Shown here: positions 16,581-24,637 of the stretch, one piece after another | How the letters are laid out: each line of letters starts with the position of its first letter | How positions within the stretch are numbered: the first letter of the stretch is position 1 | Assembly (NCBI GenBank): GCA_964634365.1 | Contig: CAZWJU010000005.1 | Span: forward strand, 1 to 27,638 | Reading direction: 5' to 3' | DNA from: an uncultured Candidatus Saccharibacteria bacterium | GTDB taxonomy: Bacteria > Patescibacteriota > Minisyncoccia > Phycocordibacterales > UBA9973 | DNA: 27,638 bases | The notes under the pieces: generated by a model | Databases searched by the model: none | What the model was told of the DNA's origin: nothing | The model's input: only the letters and a program-made list of their open reading frames with translations | Program-made: the position numbers and the translations under genes

Positions 16581-18947
16581 ATGTATTTTTTCACAAAAAA
16601 ACCAAAAACCATATTGATGGAAATTTTGAATTTTTTAGGCTCTGCTGCCTTGCTTATTGCAGGCGCCGTGCTGTTTTTATTTATCCTCTATAATGCCCTT
16701 TGGAATATCAAGGGTGACCAGGTTGGTGTTATGGAACGCCGTTGGATCGGAAAAGAAATGGCTAATGGACGTACTGTCGCACTGAAAGGTGAAATTGGGG
16801 TTCAGGCCACAATTTTGGGTCCGGGTTTGTACCTAAAGATACCTTTTGTGATACGAGTTACTAAGCATAAATATCTGAGAATCGATGATAATCAGATTGG
16901 GCTTGTGAGCGCTATCGCTGGTAATCCTATTCCACAAGATAGATATTTTGCTGGAAGCGTGGAGTGTAATTCTTTCCAAGACGGAGAAGCATTTTTGAAG
17001 AACGGTGGTGAAAAAGGACCTCAGCTTCAAATCTTAATGCCTGGTGAACACAGGGTGAATCCGCATCTGTTTGAAATCTCAGTTGTTCCGGCTGTGTCTA
17101 TAGCCAACGATCAAGTGGGGATTGTGGAAGCGGTTGCTGGACTACCTGTTGATGCAGGACGCATCTTCGCGAATAAAGTTGAGTCCAATAATTTTCAGGA
17201 CGCGACATTATTTCTCGAAAATAAGGGACAAAAAGGTCCACAACCGGACGTCTTACCTCCGGGATTTTACAGGATAAACACTTTACTTTTCAAAGTAAAA
17301 GTTAAAAATGCAACCGTGATTGCCGGTGGTACAGTTGGACTCGTGACTGCTATGGATGGGGTACAAATTCCCGCTGGGCGATTGCTTGGTAAGCATGTGG
17401 AAGAGCACTCAAACTTTGAAAAAGGAGAAGAGTTTATTAAAAATGGTGGTGAAAAAGGGCGTCAGCTCGATTTCCTTATGCCTGGTACCTACCGTATCAA
17501 TACAGATCTGTTTAACATCCAGAAAGATGTTGCGTGGGTTGAAGTTGGTCCGGATGAAGTTGGTATCGTAACAGTACTGGAAGGAAAGCCAATTATGGAA
17601 AAGGATCAAATTGCTGCAAAGGATATTGATTTGAATCTCCATAATAACTTCCAAAATGCTTCTGCCTTTATCTCCCACAGTGGTGAAAAAGGTTTACAGT
17701 CGCCTGTTTTACGTTCCGGTAACTACGCCATAAATACATGGTTTGCTGAAGTGGAAAAAACACCAATGGTGAATGTTCCAATTGGACATGTTGCTGTTGT
17801 GGTTTCGTATGTTGGTGCTGATGGTGAAGACACTTCCGGCACTCAGTTTAAGCACGGTAATATTGTGAAGAAAGGCCAAAAGGGTGTATGGGAAGAAGTT
17901 TTACATCCCGGTAAATACCCGCTCAACACTCATATCATGAAGGTTGAGCTTGTGCCTACGACTAATATCGTACTGAACTGGGCAAATGCCAGGACAGAGT
18001 CACACGCACTCGACGAAAAACTTTCTACGATCACCGTGCGTTCACGTGATGGTTTTACATTCAATTTGGATGTATCACAAATCATTCATGTGCCGGCAAA
18101 TGAAGCGCCGAAGGTTATTGCGCGCTTTGGTAATATGAAAAACCTTGTTTCGCAAGTACTCGAACCAACCATCGGTAACTATTTCCGTAATTCGGCACAA
18201 AACAGCGACGCGATCGACTTCCTTAAAAAGAGATCCGACCGCCAAGGTGAAGCCAAGGAGCATATCGTAACGGTTCTTCAAAGGTATAATGTGGATGCGG
18301 TTGATACCTTGATTGGTGATATTAATCCACCGGAAACACTTATGAAGACTTTGACTGACCGAAAGCTTGCAGAGGAAATGAAATTAACGTTTGATCAACA
18401 GAAAATTGCTGAAGATACTCGTCGCGATTTTGAGTCTGCAAAAGCAAACGCTGATATTCAGCCTCAGGTAATCCAGTCTGAAAGACAGATCTTTATTGCT
18501 GAAAACCATGCCAATGCTGAGGTAAAGAAATCTGAGGGTATGAAAAAAGCGGCAGTATTGCGAGCAGAAGGTGAAAAAGAATCAAAAATTCTCACTGCTA
18601 CCGGTGAAGCTGAGGCAACGAAGCTTATTGCTGTTGCTGATGCAGAAAAAACTGAAAAGGTTGGTTTGGCTGAAGCTAAGATTATTCTTGAAAAAGGTAA
18701 ATCAAATGCTGAAGCTTACAAGCTTGAAGTTGCTGCTATGGGTGAAGGAAACTTCGGTCGTATCAAGGTAATGGAGCAGATTGCTCGAGAAAATGTAAAA
18801 TTGATTCCGGAAAACATCATTGTTGGTGGCGGTGAAGGAGGAGGTGGTCTCATTGAGAACTTCCTCGGAATTTCAATGATTGAAAAGTTGACCGGTAAAA
18901 AATTTGCTGAAACTTCAGTTGAAGAAAAAACTGAAGAGAAGAAGTAA
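16581..18947 (+). CDS. Flotillin-like SPFH-domain membrane protein with ~5 tandem N-terminal partial-SPFH repeats
   Basis: N-terminal TM helix. First SPFH-start module (GDQVGVMERRWIGK..GPGLYLKIPF). Repeats of ~75 aa each contain [ND]xQVGIV...NNFQDAxxFLxNGGEKGPQxxxLxPGxYRINTxLF. A complete SPFH core follows (..ITVRSRDGFTFNLDVSQIIHV..). C-terminal flotillin-type Ala/Glu/Lys coiled coil (AEAKIILEKGKSNAEAYKLEVAAMGEG). The start could be the ORF-track start at 16533 instead. Confidence 0.65.
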   Translation: MYFFTKKPKTILMEILNFLGSAALLIAGAVLFLFILYNALWNIKGDQVGVMERRWIGKEMANGRTVALKGEIGVQATILGPGLYLKIPFVIRVTKHKYLRIDDNQIGLVSAIAGNPIPQDRYFAGSVECNSFQDGEAFLKNGGEKGPQLQILMPGEHRVNPHLFEISVVPAVSIANDQVGIVEAVAGLPVDAGRIFANKVESNNFQDATLFLENKGQKGPQPDVLPPGFYRINTLLFKVKVKNATVIAGGTVGLVTAMDGVQIPAGRLLGKHVEEHSNFEKGEEFIKNGGEKGRQLDFLMPGTYRINTDLFNIQKDVAWVEVGPDEVGIVTVLEGKPIMEKDQIAAKDIDLNLHNNFQNASAFISHSGEKGLQSPVLRSGNYAINTWFAEVEKTPMVNVPIGHVAVVVSYVGADGEDTSGTQFKHGNIVKKGQKGVWEEVLHPGKYPLNTHIMKVELVPTTNIVLNWANARTESHALDEKLSTITVRSRDGFTFNLDVSQIIHVPANEAPKVIARFGNMKNLVSQVLEPTIGNYFRNSAQNSDAIDFLKKRSDRQGEAKEHIVTVLQRYNVDAVDTLIGDINPPETLMKTLTDRKLAEEMKLTFDQQKIAEDTRRDFESAKANADIQPQVIQSERQIFIAENHANAEVKKSEGMKKAAVLRAEGEKESKILTATGEAEATKLIAVADAEKTEKVGLAEAKIILEKGKSNAEAYKLEVAAMGEGNFGRIKVMEQIARENVKLIPENIIVGGGEGGGGLIENFLGISMIEKLTGKKFAETSVEEKTEEKK

Positions 18948-19010
18948 TTCTTTGAATCCGAATCGTTCTTTGTTTTAATGAGATTTTTTTCCGCGAGATA
19001 TGCGGACATG

Positions 19011-19042
19011 TAAGCCGGAGGTTAAACACCTCCGGTTTTTTT
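19011..19042 (+). terminator. Intrinsic terminator gccggaggttaaacacctccggt + T7; overlaps the 3' end of the convergent minus-strand gene
   Basis: Perfect 9-bp GC stem plus T-run. Confidence 0.8.
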
Positions 19043-19660
19043 ATTTTTTACTTTTTGTTTTTTCCATTGGGTCATCGCGCTGGTCTTTTTTTCTAAATCT
19101 GAGAGTGGGCGTAGTTTGTAGATTTGTTTTTTAGAAAGTATTTTTGTATGAGGGCTCTCGTCGAGTGCAATAGCTAGGTCCCATAAATCTTCTTCTTCTA
19201 CTACCCAAGACGGAGTGCTTTTCGATAAGTCGAAAGGTTTTGAATAGTCCCGTAGTGTTTTCACTCCATCTTTGACAGTTGCGTATTCGTGGAAATACGA
19301 CATTACTAGTTCGCGTACAGATTTGTATACAGGATCTCGAAAACGCAATACTGGATAGTTGGTCTTGCTTATAGCGCCCCAGAAACCGTCTATTTTAAAA
19401 AGTGCGACTACATGATCGAAATCTTTTTTATTGGCACGAAGGTCGAGTATTAGTGGCTTTTGTCCGTGATAGGCGAGAGCGAGCGCAGCAAAAAGAGCGC
19501 CTTCTATACAGTGAGCTTTTTTATATTTCATAACTTGCCGTGGGGACAGAAGTGTCTCGTCAAAATTTTGCGGAATTGTGTCGAGCCAGTTTTGGATTTT
19601 ATACGGATTGTTTAATTTTTTCAGCAGAGCAATTTCTGTTTTGTTTAAATCTTTGAACAT
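19022..19660 (-). CDS. Papain-fold cysteine peptidase-like protein (peptidase C39-like/transglutaminase-like Cys-His signature)
   Basis: KAHCIEGALFAALALAYHG resembles the C39 active-site Cys context (CG.A.LAM...YG). A downstream DFDHVVALFK supplies a His candidate. Confidence 0.4.
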   Translation of the reverse strand: MFKDLNKTEIALLKKLNNPYKIQNWLDTIPQNFDETLLSPRQVMKYKKAHCIEGALFAALALAYHGQKPLILDLRANKKDFDHVVALFKIDGFWGAISKTNYPVLRFRDPVYKSVRELVMSYFHEYATVKDGVKTLRDYSKPFDLSKSTPSWVVEEEDLWDLAIALDESPHTKILSKKQIYKLRPLSDLEKKTSAMTQWKKQKVKNKKTGGV

Positions 19661-19698
19661 AAGCTAGATTATAGCAATTTTTATGCTATTATTTCACA

Positions 19699-20163
19699 AT
19701 GCAGAAAACAAAGAAAAAAAATAAAGATAAAAGTGCAAAGCATGTAATCCCTCGCACAAAGGTCGGAAGATCTTCACACAGCGGTTTCGGAATATTTGCA
19801 ATTGATCCGATAAAAAAAGGTGACTTTATAATAGAGTACATAGGCAAGATTTGTACCAACAAAGAAATTGAAGATAACTTAGGTATGTATCTTTTTGAGC
19901 TAAACAATAAGTTCACAATCGACGGTACTACTCGTAAAAATAAAGCTAGATATGTGAATCATTCGTGTCGTCCAAATGCTGAGAGTGATGTGAAAGGTTT
20001 GCGAGTTTTTATATCTGCTATAAAAGACATTGCACCAGGTGAAGAAGTTACATATGACTATGGAAAAGAATTCTTCAATGAATTTATAAAACCAAAAGGT
20101 TGTAAGTGTGGTTTCTGTGATGGAAAAGGCAAGAAACTTCCTCTTAAAAAGAAGAAAAAATAA
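19699..20163 (+). CDS. SET-domain protein lysine methyltransferase (bacterial, 154 aa) with Lys-rich N- and C-termini
   Basis: GFGIFAIDPIKKGDFIIEYIGK (SET-N). RYVNHSCRPN (NHSC.PN). GEEVTYDYG (SET-C). Post-SET-like CKCGFCDG. Confidence 0.8.
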   Translation: MQKTKKKNKDKSAKHVIPRTKVGRSSHSGFGIFAIDPIKKGDFIIEYIGKICTNKEIEDNLGMYLFELNNKFTIDGTTRKNKARYVNHSCRPNAESDVKGLRVFISAIKDIAPGEEVTYDYGKEFFNEFIKPKGCKCGFCDGKGKKLPLKKKKK

Positions 20164-20167
20164 TATC

Positions 20168-20196
20168 AAAAATACCCCTGAGAGGGGTATTTTTGA
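20168..20196 (+). terminator. Intrinsic terminator aaaaatacccctgagaggggtattttt
   Basis: Perfect hairpin plus T-run. Confidence 0.8.
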
Positions 20197-20261
20197 TTAT
20201 TGACTTTTGTGTATTTTTGGGGCATCATGGGGTGTTCTTCTAAAAACTTAAAACGAAATAT

Positions 20262-20819
20262 ATGCCGAGAAAAGCTATCTTAGACAGGTTAAAAAGAGAA
20301 ATCAGGACTGTAGACAACTTCCCAAAAGAGGGAATCAGGTTCAAAGATTTATGTAGCGTATTGGCAAACCCAATACTGATGCAAGATGTGTGTCAGGGTC
20401 TGTACAATGACCTGCTTCCACTCAAAGATAAGATCACTCATGTGGTCTGTCTGGAATCGAGAGGATTTATTTTTGGTACGGTAATGGCGCTTTATCTAAA
20501 AGTGCCGATGGTTATCGTAAGAAAGCCCGGTAAGCTCCCAGGTGAGCTTGTAACGTTAGCCTACAAAAAAGAGTACGGCGAGGATATCTTGAGTGTCCAG
20601 AAGGATGCTGTTGGTCCGGGTTGTAACGTGTTGATTCACGATGACCTTCTTGCAACAGGGGGAAGTGCTCTCGCTGCAGCAATGCTCGTAGAAAAATGCG
20701 GCGCAGATATTGCAGGCTTCAGCTTCATTATGGAGCTCGATGAGCTCGCAGGCAGAGGAAAGCTCGAAAGATTTTCCGATCACATATTTTCGGTAGTGCA
20801 TTTCGAGGAAGGGGAGTAA
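20262..20819 (+). CDS. apt: Adenine phosphoribosyltransferase
   Basis: NFPKEGIRFKDL; CLESRGFIFG..VRKPGKLPGE; PRPP-binding VLIHDDLLATGGS. Terminator at 20837-20863. Confidence 0.85.
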   Translation: MPRKAILDRLKREIRTVDNFPKEGIRFKDLCSVLANPILMQDVCQGLYNDLLPLKDKITHVVCLESRGFIFGTVMALYLKVPMVIVRKPGKLPGELVTLAYKKEYGEDILSVQKDAVGPGCNVLIHDDLLATGGSALAAAMLVEKCGADIAGFSFIMELDELAGRGKLERFSDHIFSVVHFEEGE

Positions 20820-21035
20820 AACCCATTTTGTCCTTATAAAACCACCTATTTGGGTGGTTTTTGTTTACTTGGCTAAAACCCTTGCAAAATATAGAAAAAT
20901 GTGTTATTCTGTAGGGGTCAAATATTTGTTCTATAGATTCCGATTTATTACTTACTTCGATGTTCTATACAGCAATTTTGAAGTAATTAATATAATTGAT
21001 TCTGCAAAAATCAGAATCTAAAAAAGAATCTAAAT

Positions 21036-22265
21036 ATGGAACACTCCAAAACAAGGCGCCATGCGCCAAAACGGTCTTTTGGTGGTTCTCGCCCAAACAG
21101 CTTTCGTAGACGTCCACAAAACAGTGGTGGTCGCAGAAGTGGTCGCGGACGAGGTCCTGCTATAGACATAGTAAGCTTCATTAGACAATCTACAGAAGCA
21201 AAACATACAGAGAAAAAAATCGCTCCAGTTACGAGTACTTTTTCTGATTTCGCAATTAGTGAAAATCTAAAAGCGAACTTAGCAAAACGTGGTTTTATAA
21301 AACCAACCCCAATTCAAGACAAGGCTATCCCTGTGCTTTTAGAGGGTCGCGACGTTGTCGGACTTGCTTCAACAGGAACAGGTAAAACTGGTGCATTCCT
21401 GCTACCTCTTATCACAAAGATAGAGAAAGATAGAAAGCAAAAAGTTTTAATAATGGCTCCAACTCGTGAGCTTGCGCTACAGATCGAGCAAGAGTTTCGT
21501 CTTTTTAGTACAGGTATGAAAATATACTCAGCTTTTTGCGTGGGTGGTATGCCTATATCTCGTCAGATTGAAAACTTGCGTTACAGACCAAACGTTGTGA
21601 TCGGTACACCAGGAAGATTGAAAGACTTGGCTGATCGTGGATGTATTCGTTACAACGAATACCAAAACGTCGTACTCGACGAAGTTGATCACATGCTAGA
21701 CATGGGATTTATTGAGCCGATTACAAAAATCATGAACTCTCTTCCAAAAGAGCGTCAAACACTTTTCTTTTCAGCTACTATGCCTACACGCATTCGAGCT
21801 CTAACAAGTCAGTTTCTAAAAGATCCTGTATTGATTGAAATATCTAGTGGCTCTACAGCAAGTAATGTAACTCAAGATGTTATCCGTGTTGATGGAGACA
21901 GATCAAAGAAATTTGATATCTTGCACGACATGCTTTCTACTCCTGAACTTACAAAAGTTTTGATTTTTAGTGAGACAAAACGTGATGTTGAAAAACTTAC
22001 TATAGACCTAAGAAATCGTGGACACAAAGCTGTGTCTATACACGGAGATAAGCGTCAGCGTGAACGTGCTCGAGCACTTACAGACTTCAAGACAAATATA
22101 GCTACAATCCTAGTTGCGACTGACGTTGCGGCTCGCGGTATAGATATAAAAGAAGTTTCGCACGTTATAAACTTCACAATTCCTCAGACATTTGATGACT
22201 ATGTGCACCGAATCGGTCGTACAGGCCGCGGAAGCCACAAGGGAACTGCACTGACATTTATTTAA
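21036..22265 (+). CDS. DEAD-box ATP-dependent RNA helicase with RG-rich N-terminal tail
   Basis: Q-motif region TFSDF..PTPIQ. ASTGTGKT (motif I). VLDEVDHM (DEAD variant DEVD). SAT. HRIGRTGRG. N-terminal RRRPQNSGGRRSGRGRG. Long 5' UTR with hairpin gattctgcaaaaatcagaatc. Confidence 0.9.
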   Translation: MEHSKTRRHAPKRSFGGSRPNSFRRRPQNSGGRRSGRGRGPAIDIVSFIRQSTEAKHTEKKIAPVTSTFSDFAISENLKANLAKRGFIKPTPIQDKAIPVLLEGRDVVGLASTGTGKTGAFLLPLITKIEKDRKQKVLIMAPTRELALQIEQEFRLFSTGMKIYSAFCVGGMPISRQIENLRYRPNVVIGTPGRLKDLADRGCIRYNEYQNVVLDEVDHMLDMGFIEPITKIMNSLPKERQTLFFSATMPTRIRALTSQFLKDPVLIEISSGSTASNVTQDVIRVDGDRSKKFDILHDMLSTPELTKVLIFSETKRDVEKLTIDLRNRGHKAVSIHGDKRQRERARALTDFKTNIATILVATDVAARGIDIKEVSHVINFTIPQTFDDYVHRIGRTGRGSHKGTALTFI

Positions 22266-22302
22266 ACAATATTTGGTTTGATATGCAGAAATTAGAATAT
22301 TT

Positions 22303-22328
22303 AAAAGCCGCAATTATGCGGCTTTTGT
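22303..22328. terminator. Bidirectional terminator aaaagccgcaattatgcggctttt
   Basis: Perfect hairpin with A-run and T-run on either side, between convergent genes. Confidence 0.75.
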
Positions 22329-22329
22329 G

Positions 22330-23136
22330 TTATAAGTTTCGATTGGCTTCTGCCTCTTCTAAAAGTTCTTTGTTTGTGAACTTTTTTCTTTCTATTCTTG
22401 TCCACCCATCTTCTGTTTCACCTCCTCCTGCCGGACGAATCATTCTCACAAAAGCAAAACTGTTTGCCAGGATGGGTTTTTCTTCAAATGGTATTTCTCG
22501 TGTGTAGTGTACTATCGAGCAGTTTGGTACACGACCCCAACTTCCGGTATTCATCAGGTATTCGTTCGCTTTTTTCAAAGACATCCGTTCCAGTATGATT
22601 CGAAAAGCTCTCATCACATGCCCGTGGCATACAATAATCACATTTTTCCCATCACACTCACGAGCGAGTGTATCCAAGACAAGTTTTATTCTGTCGCATA
22701 AATCTGCTACGCTTTCACCTTGAAGTGGGCGATACAGAAATGGTTGAGTGTCATAAAATTTTTGTTCATTTTTGTAAAACTCATCTCTTTCAGACGGTGT
22801 GATACTGTTGAAGACTCCTCCGTCACGTTCGCGTAATTTTGCGTCCTGCATCCAAAGTGCGCCTGGTAGATTTAGGTATGCAGCGGTTTGCATGGCTCGC
22901 ACATTATTTGATACAAGCATTCTATCAAACGATGTCAGCAGATTCTTTTTGAACCATTCACCGGCAAGTTTAGCTTGTTCAATACCGAGTTCCGTGAGTT
23001 GATATTGAGATTCATGCAACTCCAAGAATTCTTCGCTAAAAAAAGACTCATCACCTGTTTCTTCGAATTGTTTTCTTGCGAGGTTCCCCTCAGACTGTCC
23101 GTGGCGGACAAGGAATAAATTTTTTGGCATTCCCAT
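22330..23136 (-). CDS. Histidine phosphatase superfamily (phosphoglycerate-mutase-like) protein
   Basis: LFLVRHGQSEGN (RHG catalytic motif). Downstream IIVCHGHVMRAF. Confidence 0.7.
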   Translation of the reverse strand: MGMPKNLFLVRHGQSEGNLARKQFEETGDESFFSEEFLELHESQYQLTELGIEQAKLAGEWFKKNLLTSFDRMLVSNNVRAMQTAAYLNLPGALWMQDAKLRERDGGVFNSITPSERDEFYKNEQKFYDTQPFLYRPLQGESVADLCDRIKLVLDTLARECDGKNVIIVCHGHVMRAFRIILERMSLKKANEYLMNTGSWGRVPNCSIVHYTREIPFEEKPILANSFAFVRMIRPAGGGETEDGWTRIERKKFTNKELLEEAEANRNL

Positions 23137-23145
23137 AGTTTCTAG

Positions 23146-23195
23146 ATTAGTTATCTTTAACCCAAATACTGGAGCAAAGATAACTAATCTAAAAA
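23146..23195. promoter_or_regulatory. Perfect 16-bp inverted repeat tagattagttatcttt-N17-aaagataactaatcta, within 10 nt of the start codon of the minus-strand phosphatase gene
   Basis: Read directly. In the 5' UTR / divergent promoter region. Confidence 0.45.
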
Positions 23196-23301
23196 AGGAG
23201 TAGTGAAAAGAGCCTTATTTATCAACATAATAATGGAATTTTACTGTTTTGTCAAACTTGCAGTTTTATAATGAAAGTGACAGTATTAGAAAAAACAAAA
23301 T

Positions 23302-23649
23302 ATGGAAAATTTTGCACAAGAGCTTTTTGACACAAGTATTAAGTACCAAAACAATCCTAAGCCGGAAACCGCCAGACAGGCTACGTCTGAAGAGTGGGCT
23401 GAATATTTTTTAAAAGGTTTAAAGAATCGTTTGGTGTGGATTGCTGAACAGGGTAGGTTTGAATGCGATGTGTTGCAACTAGAGTATTCAAAGCAGTCTG
23501 TAGAGCAACTAAATAAAGCCGAAAAAATGATTTTTGATGGATGTGTTGCTATGGGCCTAAAGACAGAGGTAAGGGAGCTTTATGAAGTCGGTATTGGTAA
23601 CAGGGAGTCAATTGGTTTTCATATATATGTTAATTGGAAAAAAGAATAA
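23302..23649 (+). CDS. Hypothetical protein (115 aa)
   Basis: Clean ORF with terminator at 23658-23684 (aaaaccgccgatttcggcggtttt). Confidence 0.5.
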   Translation: MENFAQELFDTSIKYQNNPKPETARQATSEEWAEYFLKGLKNRLVWIAEQGRFECDVLQLEYSKQSVEQLNKAEKMIFDGCVAMGLKTEVRELYEVGIGNRESIGFHIYVNWKKE

Positions 23650-23684
23650 TCAGAAAGAAAAACCGCCGATTTCGGCGGTTTTAA

Positions 23685-23933
23685 TTATTTTTTATTTTGC
23701 CATCTTGGAGCGAAGCGAACCATCCATGTATAGAATTTTGCTTTGAGTTTTGGTATTCCAATACCTCTCATACCTTTGTATACGAATTCTTGAAATCCTT
23801 TTAGGTCGCCTTCGTAAGTAAATTTTCCATTTTTAAAACAGTAACTACAATATTTTTCATTTTCACGTACTCCCGGATCTTTTGCAAAAGGCATCAGGCA
23901 ACTCTCGCACGCATCTTTACAATTTTTTGTCAT
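23685..23933 (-). CDS. Zinc-ribbon (2x CxxC) small protein
   Basis: CESC ... CSYC pairs. Confidence 0.5.
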   Translation of the reverse strand: MTKNCKDACESCLMPFAKDPGVRENEKYCSYCFKNGKFTYEGDLKGFQEFVYKGMRGIGIPKLKAKFYTWMVRFAPRWQNKK

Positions 23934-23939
23934 ATATTT

Positions 23940-24302
23940 TTATTGATTTAATTTGTGATAAGACTTGTATGAAAGCACGAGGATTATGAATGCAAGTGCT
24001 GGTATTGCAAGTGTTACGTTGAATCCCGCCACAACCCAGATACTGACAAATGCTGAGATAAAGTCTATGCCGAATCCAGCATATGCCCACTCTTTAACAT
24101 TCTTTGGGAACTTAGGAACGATTAGGACGATAGACCCTAGAACCTTGAACACTGTGAGTAATGTAACGAAATATATAGGATAGCCAAGGCTTGTGATGCC
24201 CTGTATAGACATTTCACTTTGTGAAGTAAGTGCTGGCATAACTCCTTCGAATATAAATATTAGTCCAGTTGAAACCCAAAAGATTATTTTATGTTTTTTC
24301 AT
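23940..24302 (-). CDS. DoxX-like family membrane protein
   Basis: Four hydrophobic helices. Pattern typical of DoxX-like proteins (..GLIFIFEGV..KVLGSIVLIVP..). Confidence 0.5.
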   Translation of the reverse strand: MKKHKIIFWVSTGLIFIFEGVMPALTSQSEMSIQGITSLGYPIYFVTLLTVFKVLGSIVLIVPKFPKNVKEWAYAGFGIDFISAFVSIWVVAGFNVTLAIPALAFIILVLSYKSYHKLNQ

Positions 24303-24364
24303 AGTACAGATTTTACTCTTGTCGAGCAGGGTTTACAAGCTTGTGAGTGTGCTAAAATTGTTTT

Positions 24365-24607
24365 ATGAAAATATCAGATGGTGTGGTCCACAGAACCCCA
24401 AAAGATTTACAAAAAATGCTTGTTTCCAAGGCAAGCCTTTTAGATTTATGGGAAGATATTACACCACTTGCTCGCAACGAATGGATATGTTGGATAGAAG
24501 ACGCAAAGAAGCCGGAGACTAGATCCCATAGGATAGATGTAGCAAAATCAAAAATGTTAAAAGGGATGCGCAGACCGTGTTGCTGGGCGGGGTGCTCTCA
24601 TAGGTAA
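24365..24607 (+). CDS. YdeI/OmpD-associated family-like small protein
   Basis: EDITPLARNEWICWIEDAKKPETRSHRI resembles the YdeI/DUF1801-type signature. Confidence 0.45.
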   Translation: MKISDGVVHRTPKDLQKMLVSKASLLDLWEDITPLARNEWICWIEDAKKPETRSHRIDVAKSKMLKGMRRPCCWAGCSHR

Positions 24608-24637
24608 AATATGACTTTGTGCTAAAATGACCTCTGT

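Noticed and set aside
16216-16693. Small ORFs (69, 70, 96 aa) across the lipoprotein-flotillin intergenic region
   Set aside because: They overlap a clear terminator and promoter, and the 5' end of the flotillin gene. No coding signal.
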